Positions 26,805 to 36,083 of a DNA stretch of 64,000 nt are shown here, piece by piece. Source of the stretch: Chitinophagaceae bacterium (lineage in GTDB: Bacteria > Bacteroidota > Bacteroidia > Chitinophagales > Chitinophagaceae); the NCBI GenBank assembly GCA_043748745.1, contig JAYVEQ010000018.1:27022-91021 (forward strand). The letters are read 5' to 3'. Numbering within the stretch: the first letter of the stretch is position 1; every line of letters begins with the position of its first letter. A program made the position numbers and the translations under genes. The notes under the pieces are model-generated. The model was not told the origin of the DNA. It did no database searches and saw nothing but the letters and a program-made list of their open reading frames with translations.

Positions 26805-28625
26805 TTATCTCCCAAATAATTTGTCTAATTCATCCTTTTTAAATTCCAGGTATGTAGGTTTACCATTTGCTGTACTGTTTGGTAAGGCACAACTAAACAA
26901 GTCATCAACCAAAACTTTCATTTCCCTTTCGGCTAAAGAAGCTCCTGCCTTTACTGCTTGTTGCAAAGCCATGGAGCGTAATAATTTTTCTCTTTTACTG
27001 AATTTTAAATCGCTGCTGAAATGTTTGTATTGCTCCAGCATTTTTTCTATGGCCGTTTTTTCATTCCCCTCATCAACATTTGCCGGTGTACCCTGAATAA
27101 CAAAAGTATTATTGCCAAAAGGTTCCAGTAGATACCCCAAATGATTCATGTCGGGCAATAATTCTTTAAGCAATACCGCATCAGCAGCAGTTAATTCTAT
27201 CGTTGCCGGAAATAAACTTTGCTGGGTGGCAATGGGTTTTCCATCTACAGCTACAGAAAAACGTTCATACAATATTCTTTCATGTGCATTTTGCTGATGC
27301 ACTAAATAATAACCCCGGTTGGTTTGCGCTACTATAAAACTGTTATGTAATTGAAAAAGGTTATCAGTTTGTGGTTTATTGCTTGTGGTTATAAAACCAT
27401 GAGCTTCCGCCTGTGGCTTATGGCTATCAGCTTGCGGCTCTGTATTTTCATAAAAATCTTTCCAATGCTTCAACTCACTTTTGCTTTCAATAAAATGTGA
27501 TTGGTTTTTTTTAGTAAACGTATTATATAAAGATGAAGATGATGCAGAAGATTTTTTTTCATCTGTAAATGGTTTTGATACAGCATCCAGGCTTTGTATA
27601 GATGCATCAAGCTCAAAATCCAAAGTAGGTGTAATGCTGAACTGGGCCAGCGCATGTTTTATTGCACTCTGCACAAATGCATACACAATCTTTTCATCTT
27701 CAAATTTTATTTCCTGCTTGGTGGGATGCACATTTATATCCAGTTGTGATGGATCAAGATCGATAAACAAGCTGTACATCGGAAAACTGTCTTTGGCAAT
27801 CATATCATTAAAAGCATTCATCACGGCGTGATTAAGATAGGCACTTTTAATGAACCGGTTGTTTACAAAAAAATACTGGTCTCCACGTGTTTTCTTGGCT
27901 GTTTCCGGTTTACCTACAAAGCCATAAATATTCATATAATCGGTGTGTTCCTGCACCGGCACCAGTTTGGCTGCATAATTATTGCCCAGTATCTGTACAA
28001 TGCGTTGCTTCATAGTTCCCTTTTCCAGGTGAAAAACCTGCTGTCCGTTACTGGTAAAAGAAAAGAAAATTTCGGGGAAAGACATGGCTACCCTGATAAA
28101 TTCATCCACAATATGTCTTAACTCTGCGGCATTACTTTTTAAAAAATTACGGCGGGCAGGCACATTGAAAAAAAGATTCTTCATAGCAATGCTCGTTCCG
28201 GTTGGAGCAGCAACCGGTTCCTGCTTTATAACAATGCTGTTTTCAATTTCAATATAAACACCAGTTTGTTCTTCGGCCATTTTTGTTTTTAATTCCACCT
28301 GTCCCACTGCAGCAATGCTGGCCAGGGCTTCGCCACGAAATCCCATGGTCTTGATACGGAAGAGATCTTCTATGTTTTTTATTTTGGAAGTGGCATGTCG
28401 TTCAAAAGCCATCCGGGCATCTGTTTCACTCATCCCCTTGCCATTATCAATAACCTGTATCAATGCTTTACCGGCATCATTAACGATCAGTTTAATTTCA
28501 TCGGCACCTGCATCTACAGCATTTTCCAACAGCTCTTTTACTGCGCTGGCCGGCCTTTGTATAACTTCGCCGGCAGCTATCTGGTTAGCAATGTTATCAG
28601 GTAATAATTGAATGATATCGGGCAA
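26805..28625 (-). CDS. mutL: DNA mismatch repair protein MutL
   Basis: GHKL ATPase N-domain (IANQIAAGEVIQRPASAVKELLENAVDAGA, DNGKGM, GFRGEAL) and a C-terminal dimerisation domain. Confidence 0.95.
   Translation of the reverse strand: MPDIIQLLPDNIANQIAAGEVIQRPASAVKELLENAVDAGADEIKLIVNDAGKALIQVIDNGKGMSETDARMAFERHATSKIKNIEDLFRIKTMGFRGEALASIAAVGQVELKTKMAEEQTGVYIEIENSIVIKQEPVAAPTGTSIAMKNLFFNVPARRNFLKSNAAELRHIVDEFIRVAMSFPEIFFSFTSNGQQVFHLEKGTMKQRIVQILGNNYAAKLVPVQEHTDYMNIYGFVGKPETAKKTRGDQYFFVNNRFIKSAYLNHAVMNAFNDMIAKDSFPMYSLFIDLDPSQLDINVHPTKQEIKFEDEKIVYAFVQSAIKHALAQFSITPTLDFELDASIQSLDAVSKPFTDEKKSSASSSSLYNTFTKKNQSHFIESKSELKHWKDFYENTEPQADSHKPQAEAHGFITTSNKPQTDNLFQLHNSFIVAQTNRGYYLVHQQNAHERILYERFSVAVDGKPIATQQSLFPATIELTAADAVLLKELLPDMNHLGYLLEPFGNNTFVIQGTPANVDEGNEKTAIEKMLEQYKHFSSDLKFSKREKLLRSMALQQAVKAGASLAEREMKVLVDDLFSCALPNSTANGKPTYLEFKKDELDKLFGR
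27367..27443. repeat. two degenerate G(T/C)TTGYG-type heptamer arrays within the mutL linker codons
   Basis: gtttgtg gtttatt gcttgtg gttataa (27367-94) and gcctgtg gcttatg gctatca gcttgcg gctctgt (27409-43). They encode PQADSHK PQAEAHG ... NKPQTDN on the minus strand. Confidence 0.55.
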
Positions 28626-28688
28626 AATCCTGTAATTTAGAATGTCAAAAATAACACATCCTTTCCACTATAAAATTATTAGAACTGT

Positions 28689-31613
28689 ATGCGTAAAATT
28701 CAGCTGATATTATTTATTTTTATTACAGTCAACGGCTTTGCCCAGCAAAATAAAGCCACACGGTGGGTGGATAGTGTTTTTAAAACCTTAAGTCCGGATG
28801 AACAGATCGCACAATTGATGGTAGTACGTTTATCTACTATAGATTCCAGAACAAAGACAGTAACTTTTTATGACAGCTTAGTATCTGAATTAATAAAACA
28901 ATATAATATCGGGAGCATATGTCTTTTCCAGGGAAGCCCGGTAAAACAGGCTACTATCATTAATTCATTACAGGCCAAGGCAAAAACTCCTTTGCTTGTA
29001 ACTATAGATGCGGAGTGGGGAGTTGGCATGCGCATGACTGACAGTGTGCTTTCCTTACCCAAACAAATGATGTTGGGTGCGGTGCAGGATTCGGCTATCG
29101 CTTACCAGTATGGAAGAATTGTAGCGGAGCAATGTAAAAGAATTGGCATACAGGTAAATTTTGCGCCGGTTGTTGATGTAAATAATAATCCGAATAACCC
29201 GGTAATTAACGACCGGAGTTTTGGAGAAGATAAATACAAAGTGGCCTCCTTTGGTATTCAATACATGAAAGGCCTGCAGGACAATGGTGTGATGGCTTGT
29301 GCAAAACATTTTCCGGGGCATGGCGATGTTGCTGTAGATTCTCATTTAGATTTACCCGTCATCAATAAATCTTTAGCACAACTTGAAGCATTAGAACTTT
29401 ATCCATTCCGGCAAATTTTTAAAGCAGGCGTTGGTAGTGTGATGATTGCTCATTTGTATATTCCTTCCATTGACGCAAGTGCCAACAGGGCCACTTCGCT
29501 ATCAAAAAATAATGTTACTGATCTTTTAAGAAATGAAATTGGTTTCAAGGGTTTAAGCTTTACCGATGCGTTGGAGATGCAGGGTGTAAAAAAATTTTTT
29601 CCGGATGGGCAGGCTTCGGTAGAATCAATTATTGCAGGTAATGATATGCTTTGCTTACCGGGTGATGTGCCGCTGGCTATTTCAAAAATAAAAGAAGCTA
29701 TTCAGAATAATCTGATCAGCTGGGCCGATATTGAAATGCATTGTAGAAAAGTACTACTGGTAAAATATCAATATGGTCTTGCCAATTTAAAACCTATAAA
29801 CACAGATAACCTTACCAACGATTTAAACAGCAAAGTAAGTTTTATGCGTAAACTGATCGCAGAAAATGCTTTAACAGTTTTAAAAAAAGCAAATGCCGGA
29901 TTTTTTCCTATGCCGGCAAAAATAAACCAACCGGCAACCGATGTGGTTTATGTAAGTGTGGGTACCGGCAGCGATAATGCATTTGCCAAACGCATGAAAC
30001 TGGATTATAATGCCGATGTTATTTATTTCGATTATAAACAGGATTCAACAAGAATTCCTGCGATCGTTGATTCCATTAAAAAACAATACAAAAAAGTAAT
30101 TATCGGCATTCATGCTTACAACCGTGCGCCTGCAAATAATTTTGGCATCAGTAAAAATGCAGTTGACCTGGTAAACCAGTTACAACAAAATACAAATGCG
30201 GCAACATTTGTTTTCGGAAATCCATATGCCATTAAAAACTGGTGCGAAGCAAAAAATTTAATTGCCTGTTATGAAGATGACAGCATAATACAAAATACTG
30301 CCATAGATCTGTTACAGGGAAAAATTGCTGCAAAAGGAAAATTGCCGGTCACCGTTTGTGACCAGTTTAAATTTGGAACAGGCATTACATTCAATGCTGC
30401 TGTAATTCCAGCTAAAGGAGATAAAGCAACCCTTAACCCTGCAAAACTTACCATCATTGATTCGCTTGCTGCAGATGCCATTGCAAAAGGAGCAACACCC
30501 GGAGCAGTGGTTTTAGTTGCAAAGGATGGTAAGATCGCTTATTATAAAGCTTATGGAAGTTTTGCTTATGATAAAGCAGAGCCGGTAAATATTGAATCAA
30601 TTTATGACATGGCTTCTGTTACAAAAATTTGTGCCACTACCATTTCAGTAATGAGATTATATGATGAAGGAAAACTTGACCTGAAAAAAAAATTGGGAGA
30701 TTACCTGCCATGGGTTAAGGGCAGCAACAAAGAAAATTTAGAAATAGAAAACATTTTGCTTCACCAGGCGGGGCTGGTAGCATACATTCCTTTTTATAAG
30801 GAAACCATTAATGCCAATGGCGTTCCTTTAACGAAATATTATTCAGCTACACAAAATGATTCGTTCAGCATACGTGTTGCAAAAGATCTTTTTATGCGTA
30901 ACGACTGGCGGGATACTTTATATCACCGCATTTTACAAAGCCCGCTGGGCAGGGCCAATAATTATGTATACAGCGATAATGATTTTATTTTTTTAGGAAA
31001 AGTTGTTGAAGCCATAAGCGGATTGCCATTGGAAGATTATGTAAAAAAAGAATTTTACAAACCGATGGGTTTAACCACTTCGGGATTTAAACCAAGGGAA
31101 CAATTCAGTTTAAACAGGATCGCACCAACAGAACAGGAAAAACAATTCCGCCTGCAATTATTACGTGGCGATGTGCATGACCCCGGTGCGGCCATGTTTG
31201 GTGGTGTTGCAGGCCATGCCGGGTTTTTTAGTAATGCTTACGACCTGGCCATAATCATGCAAATGCTTTTAAATGGCGGAACAATAAACGGAAAAAGATA
31301 TTTGCAGAAAGAAACCATTGATCTGTTTACTGCATATCAAAGCAATATCAGCCGGCGTGGCTATGGTTTTGATAAACCTGAAAAAGATAACCACATCCGT
31401 CCCGACCCTTATCCCTGTTACACTGCATCGCCACTCACTTTTGGCCACACCGGTTATACAGGCACCTGTGTTTGGGCCGACCCAACTTATAATCTTGTTT
31501 TTATATTTTTAAGTAACAGGGTAAACCCCGATGGAGGTGAAAACACAAAATTACTTAAGATGAATGTGCGTACTAATATACAGGAAGCGATTTATAAAGC
31601 GATGGGGTTGTAA
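28689..31613 (+). CDS. fusion of GH3 beta-N-acetylhexosaminidase-like domain and serine hydrolase (beta-lactamase/PBP-like) domain
   Basis: GH3 N-domain motifs KHFPGHGD and GLSFTDALEM. C-terminal half has ASVTKICAT (SxxK) and HTGYTG (KTG-like). Signal peptide present. Confidence 0.85.
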   Translation: MRKIQLILFIFITVNGFAQQNKATRWVDSVFKTLSPDEQIAQLMVVRLSTIDSRTKTVTFYDSLVSELIKQYNIGSICLFQGSPVKQATIINSLQAKAKTPLLVTIDAEWGVGMRMTDSVLSLPKQMMLGAVQDSAIAYQYGRIVAEQCKRIGIQVNFAPVVDVNNNPNNPVINDRSFGEDKYKVASFGIQYMKGLQDNGVMACAKHFPGHGDVAVDSHLDLPVINKSLAQLEALELYPFRQIFKAGVGSVMIAHLYIPSIDASANRATSLSKNNVTDLLRNEIGFKGLSFTDALEMQGVKKFFPDGQASVESIIAGNDMLCLPGDVPLAISKIKEAIQNNLISWADIEMHCRKVLLVKYQYGLANLKPINTDNLTNDLNSKVSFMRKLIAENALTVLKKANAGFFPMPAKINQPATDVVYVSVGTGSDNAFAKRMKLDYNADVIYFDYKQDSTRIPAIVDSIKKQYKKVIIGIHAYNRAPANNFGISKNAVDLVNQLQQNTNAATFVFGNPYAIKNWCEAKNLIACYEDDSIIQNTAIDLLQGKIAAKGKLPVTVCDQFKFGTGITFNAAVIPAKGDKATLNPAKLTIIDSLAADAIAKGATPGAVVLVAKDGKIAYYKAYGSFAYDKAEPVNIESIYDMASVTKICATTISVMRLYDEGKLDLKKKLGDYLPWVKGSNKENLEIENILLHQAGLVAYIPFYKETINANGVPLTKYYSATQNDSFSIRVAKDLFMRNDWRDTLYHRILQSPLGRANNYVYSDNDFIFLGKVVEAISGLPLEDYVKKEFYKPMGLTTSGFKPREQFSLNRIAPTEQEKQFRLQLLRGDVHDPGAAMFGGVAGHAGFFSNAYDLAIIMQMLLNGGTINGKRYLQKETIDLFTAYQSNISRRGYGFDKPEKDNHIRPDPYPCYTASPLTFGHTGYTGTCVWADPTYNLVFIFLSNRVNPDGGENTKLLKMNVRTNIQEAIYKAMGL

Positions 31614-31621
31614 AAACTATA

Positions 31622-31888
31622 TCAAACCTCATCCGAACTCTCTGGCAACTTATCATACTCTCCCTTTAAAGCATAATAACCAAATAGCATCAGGCCACTG
31701 GCAATAGGTGTAAAAATGGTAATGATGATGATCCAGGGAATGGGTTTATTGATATCTTTTGTGCCTGTGCTGTTTATATTATGCACAGCGCCCATTACTA
31801 AAAAGTAAATGATCACCGGCGCAATGACCATCCACAACAAACCCATTATTTTTTTAACTGTATTCATACAAATATTTTTTTTAATCAT
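31622..31888 (-). CDS. small 2-TM membrane protein co-transcribed with the MFS transporter
   Basis: Two hydrophobic helices (LLWMVIAPVIIYFLVMGAV and IIIITIFTPIASGLMLFGYY). Overlaps the upstream stop by 8 nt. An alternative start is at 31867. Confidence 0.5.
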   Translation of the reverse strand: MIKKNICMNTVKKIMGLLWMVIAPVIIYFLVMGAVHNINSTGTKDINKPIPWIIIITIFTPIASGLMLFGYYALKGEYDKLPESSDEV

Positions 31889-33488
31889 TAACTTCTTTAT
31901 CTATCTTATTATTTAAGTATAATGTGCCGATGACAAAACACAAAGCCGCAACGCCAATAGGATACCAAAGTCCTACCAGCGGATCTTTCACAAACGTGGT
32001 TGCCAGTAATGTTGCAATGAATGGTACCAATCCGCCAAAAACACCATTGCCAATATGGTAAGGTAAACTCATAGAAGTGTAGCGGATCTTTGTAGGGAAA
32101 AGTTCCACCAGAAAAGCCGCAATAGGGCCATAGGCCATGGTTACAAAAACTATCATCACCCAAACGAGGAAGATGAATTTCCATTTGAGTGGAGTTGAGA
32201 GAACAATGTTTGAGTAAACTGGTTTTAAATCCTTTTTCTCTATCTGAATTTGACCAGAATCTTCGCCAAATGCTGAAAGCGGTGGATAGATAGTAAAACC
32301 ATCTTCTTTACTAACAACACATAAAGTATCAGCTCTGTTTTCTTTGAATTTAATATCATTATACTTCCATTGTATCTCCATTGTAGAAACGAGTATTGTC
32401 GTATCGCCCTTTTTGGTTAAAGGCTTATACAAATCTGCTTTTGTTCCCTCATTAATTAAATTCTTATTACTTTTCACCCATTCTCTCACATTCGCATCTC
32501 TCAAAAAAATGCCAAATATCGGCCTGTAAAAAATTACACCAAGCAACATCCCCGTAAGCATAATCCATTTTCTGCCCACCTTATCACTCAGCCAGCCAAA
32601 AAATAAAAAGAATGGTGTTGCCATGCCGATGGCCCATAATAAAATTTCCCGGTTCTGAATAAATTCCAGCTTCACCGTGTTTTCTAAAAAACTCTGTGCA
32701 TAAAACTGACCGGTGTACCAGATAACGCCCTGCCCCATTACTGCACCAAACAATGCCAGCAATACCATTTTAAAATTTGCTTTGTGACCAAAACTTTCTT
32801 TTATTGGGTTTACAGATGTGGTACCTTCCTTTTTTAATGCCGCATACAAAGGCGATTCACTCATCTTCAATCTTATATAAATAGAAACCACAACCAGCAA
32901 AATAGATATCCAGAATGGGTATCGCCAACCACCCCACTCAGCCGTAAAAGCAGCTTCGCTCATATTTGTTTTTACCAGCATGATGATAGCCAATGCTACA
33001 AACAAACCCAGTGTGGCCGTGGTTTGTATCCATGCGGTAAAATAACCGCGGCGATTTGCAGGTGAATGTTCGGCAACATAAGTTGCGGCACCACCATACT
33101 CGCCACCCAATGCTAGTCCCTGAATTAAACGCAACAGTAAAACCAGCAAAGGCGCTGCCATTCCAATTGATTTATAGCCCGGCACCAACCCAATTAAAAA
33201 AGTGGAACCGCCCATTAAAACAAGCGTTAAAAGAAAAGTGTATTTTCTGCCGATAAGGTCACCCAGTCGGCCAAAAACCAATGCGCCAAATGGTCGCACT
33301 AAAAAACCGGCGGCAAAAATGGCAAGCGTACTTAGTAAAGCTGCAGTAGTATTTCCTGCCGGGAAGAACTGAACGGAAATGGTTTTGGCCAGCATACCAA
33401 AAATGTAAAAATCGTACCACTCAATTAAAGTGCCCAGCGAAGATGAAAAAATTATTTTACCAATTCCCTTTTCAGTTGCGGCAGTCAT
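31881..33488 (-). CDS. MFS transporter (metabolite:H+ symporter-like) with a ~110-aa insert between TM9 and TM10
   Basis: MFS motif A FGRLGDLIGRKY and 12 predicted TM segments by eye. The hydrophilic insert is DANVREWVKSNK...KKDLKPVYSNIVLSTP. Confidence 0.85.
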   Translation of the reverse strand: MTAATEKGIGKIIFSSSLGTLIEWYDFYIFGMLAKTISVQFFPAGNTTAALLSTLAIFAAGFLVRPFGALVFGRLGDLIGRKYTFLLTLVLMGGSTFLIGLVPGYKSIGMAAPLLVLLLRLIQGLALGGEYGGAATYVAEHSPANRRGYFTAWIQTTATLGLFVALAIIMLVKTNMSEAAFTAEWGGWRYPFWISILLVVVSIYIRLKMSESPLYAALKKEGTTSVNPIKESFGHKANFKMVLLALFGAVMGQGVIWYTGQFYAQSFLENTVKLEFIQNREILLWAIGMATPFFLFFGWLSDKVGRKWIMLTGMLLGVIFYRPIFGIFLRDANVREWVKSNKNLINEGTKADLYKPLTKKGDTTILVSTMEIQWKYNDIKFKENRADTLCVVSKEDGFTIYPPLSAFGEDSGQIQIEKKDLKPVYSNIVLSTPLKWKFIFLVWVMIVFVTMAYGPIAAFLVELFPTKIRYTSMSLPYHIGNGVFGGLVPFIATLLATTFVKDPLVGLWYPIGVAALCFVIGTLYLNNKIDKEVND

Positions 33489-33569
33489 AATTATGTTTTA
33501 TTCATTTTTTTTAAAGAGAAGTAACCATAAATATATTAAATTGGCATCAAAGTAAAACTGCAGATTATA

Positions 33570-35507
33570 ATGTCATATCCCTTTCAGATAAAATCTTTTG
33601 AGCAATATAAAGTAGATTATAAAAAAAGTGTGGAAGATCCGGAAGGATTTTGGTCATCAGTTGCAGAAAATTTTACCTGGCGTAAAAAATGGAGTAAAGT
33701 TTTAGATTGGAATTTTACAGAACCAAAAATTGAATGGTTTAAAAATGCCAAACTCAACATCACCGAAAACTGTATTGATCGTCATTTGGATAAACTGGGC
33801 GATAAACCTGCCATCATCTGGGAACCCAATAACCCCGAAGAAAGAACAAGGGTTGTTACCTATAACCGTTTGCATAAAAGGGTTTGCCAGTTTGCACAGG
33901 TGTTAAAAAATAACGGCGTAAAAAAAGGTGACCGGGTTTGTATTTATATGGGCATGGTGCCCGAACTGGCTTATGCAGTATTAGGTTGTGCAAGAATTGG
34001 CGCAATACATTCTGTTATTTTTGGCGGCTTCAGTGCACAAAGTATTGCCGACAGGTTGGAAGATGCACAGGTTGAATTTATTGTTACCTGCGATGGAGCT
34101 TTTCGTGGTGGAAAAGATATCCCGTTGAAAAGTATAATTGATGATGCACTCATCGGCAACAAAACAGTAAAACGTGTAATAGTTTATACAAGAACGAGAA
34201 CACCGGTTAGCATGATCAAAGGCCGTGACGTTTGGTGGGAAGATGAAATGGAGTATGCTTTGGAACAACTTGAAAAAGATGGCGTGGTTTCCTTTCCTGC
34301 AGAAGAAATGGATGCAGAAGACCCCTTGTTTATTTTATATACTTCCGGCAGTACCGGTAAACCAAAAGGTGTGGTGCACAGTTGTGCCGGTTATATGATA
34401 TGGACCACATACACTTTTGTAAATATTTTTCAATACAAACCAGGTGATATCTTTTTTTGTACGGCTGATATTGGCTGGATAACAGGTCACAGCTATATTG
34501 TTTACGGACCATTAAGTGCAGGTGCAACCAGTTTAATGTTTGAAGGCATTCCTACCTGGCCGGATGCCGGAAGATTTTGGGATATTGTAGATAAACACAA
34601 AGTAAATATCATATATACCGCACCAACTGCAATAAGAAGTTTAATGAGTTATGGATTGGAGCCGTTAAAAGGAAAAGATCTTTCATCATTAAAAATTCTT
34701 GGTACTGTTGGCGAACCCATCAACGAAGAAGCATGGCATTGGTACGATGAAAATATTGGTAAGAAAAAATGCCCGGTCGTTGATACCTGGTGGCAGACAG
34801 AAACGGGAGGTATTTTAATTTCAAACCTTGCAGGCATCACTCCGGCAAAACCAAGCTGGGCCACTTTACCCATGCCGGGTATTCAACCCGTTTTGGTTGA
34901 TGAACAGGGAAATGAGATAACAGAAAAAGATGAAAATGGATTACTCAAAGGAAACTTATGCATTAAAGCATCATGGCCGGGAATTTTAAGAACAACCTGG
35001 GGTGATCATGAACGCTGCCGCACTAACTATTTTGTTACTTATCCCAATTTATATTTTACCGGTGATGGTGCATTAAAAGATGAAAACGGATTTTACAGAA
35101 TTACAGGCCGTGTTGATGATGTATTGAATGTTAGCGGCCACCGCATTGGCACTGCCGAAGTGGAGAATGCCATTAATATGCATGCCGGAGTTATTGAGAG
35201 TGCTGTAGTTGGTTATCCGCATGATATAAAAGGACAGGGAATTTATGCCTATGTGATTTGTGAACACAAACATGGTGATGATGAGCATACCAAAAATGAT
35301 ATTTTACAAACGGTAACCAGGGTAATAGGCGCCATTGCCAAACCTGATAAAATTCAGTTTGTGACCGGGTTACCAAAAACAAGAAGCGGTAAGATCATGC
35401 GGCGTATTTTAAGAAAAATAGCCGAAGGTGAGATGCAGAACCTGGGTGATACTACTACACTGCTTGACCCCGGTGTGGTAGAGGAAATTAAAAACGGAAA
35501 ATTATAA
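33570..35507 (+). CDS. acs: acetyl-CoA synthetase
   Basis: YTSGSTGKPKG, WWQTETGG, YFTGDGA, PKTRSGKIMRRILRKI. Length is typical of Acs. Confidence 0.97.
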   Translation: MSYPFQIKSFEQYKVDYKKSVEDPEGFWSSVAENFTWRKKWSKVLDWNFTEPKIEWFKNAKLNITENCIDRHLDKLGDKPAIIWEPNNPEERTRVVTYNRLHKRVCQFAQVLKNNGVKKGDRVCIYMGMVPELAYAVLGCARIGAIHSVIFGGFSAQSIADRLEDAQVEFIVTCDGAFRGGKDIPLKSIIDDALIGNKTVKRVIVYTRTRTPVSMIKGRDVWWEDEMEYALEQLEKDGVVSFPAEEMDAEDPLFILYTSGSTGKPKGVVHSCAGYMIWTTYTFVNIFQYKPGDIFFCTADIGWITGHSYIVYGPLSAGATSLMFEGIPTWPDAGRFWDIVDKHKVNIIYTAPTAIRSLMSYGLEPLKGKDLSSLKILGTVGEPINEEAWHWYDENIGKKKCPVVDTWWQTETGGILISNLAGITPAKPSWATLPMPGIQPVLVDEQGNEITEKDENGLLKGNLCIKASWPGILRTTWGDHERCRTNYFVTYPNLYFTGDGALKDENGFYRITGRVDDVLNVSGHRIGTAEVENAINMHAGVIESAVVGYPHDIKGQGIYAYVICEHKHGDDEHTKNDILQTVTRVIGAIAKPDKIQFVTGLPKTRSGKIMRRILRKIAEGEMQNLGDTTTLLDPGVVEEIKNGKL

Positions 35508-35957
35508 TTGGTCATTTTTTATTTCTTTAAAATAATTTTCACAGGCAACTAATTTTATTTCACCTTCACGGATTATTTTTTTCTCTTCCTCTACTTCTGT
35601 TTCAAATTTAATTTTATACACCCCGGCTTTTAATTCATACAAACATTCCTGGTTTTTAGGTAATATCTTTAAAGACAAAACCGCCGCCTCATAGGTATTA
35701 CCATTTCGCCTGTATATGCTTACCAGTAAAGATTTTCCGGTAGAATTTTTTATACACAGGTCAGTTATATTTTTAATTGCACAGCTGTCTTTTTTTTCAG
35801 CAATATTTTGCAGGGGCATTGTATATCTTGGTGCTTTAAAAACACGTACCAATTCCACCAGTGTTTTTCCTCCTTCAATAATACTGAATACTGTATTACT
35901 TTGTGCCGATGCATTAATAGTTATTAAAACAACTGCTGATAAAATTAATCTTCTCAT
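35502..35957 (-). CDS. small secreted hypothetical protein
   Basis: Signal peptide MRRLILSAVVLITINASAQ. No recognisable motif. Confidence 0.5.
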   Translation of the reverse strand: MRRLILSAVVLITINASAQSNTVFSIIEGGKTLVELVRVFKAPRYTMPLQNIAEKKDSCAIKNITDLCIKNSTGKSLLVSIYRRNGNTYEAAVLSLKILPKNQECLYELKAGVYKIKFETEVEEEKKIIREGEIKLVACENYFKEIKNDQL

Positions 35958-36042
35958 AACCGTAAATTTAATTGTAAGCCTCTGTCAACAGGATGCCTTT
36001 TCTTTTTGGTTTACATAAAACCAATTTATTGATCATAAAAAA

Positions 36043-36060
36043 AGTCCCGTTTCCGGGACT
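36043..36060 (-). terminator. Rho-independent terminator of the M16 peptidase gene
   Basis: agtcccg / cgggact stem. On the minus strand it is followed by TTTTTTT. Confidence 0.7.
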
Positions 36061-36083
36061 CCTGTAAAAAAATGATCGGCTTA

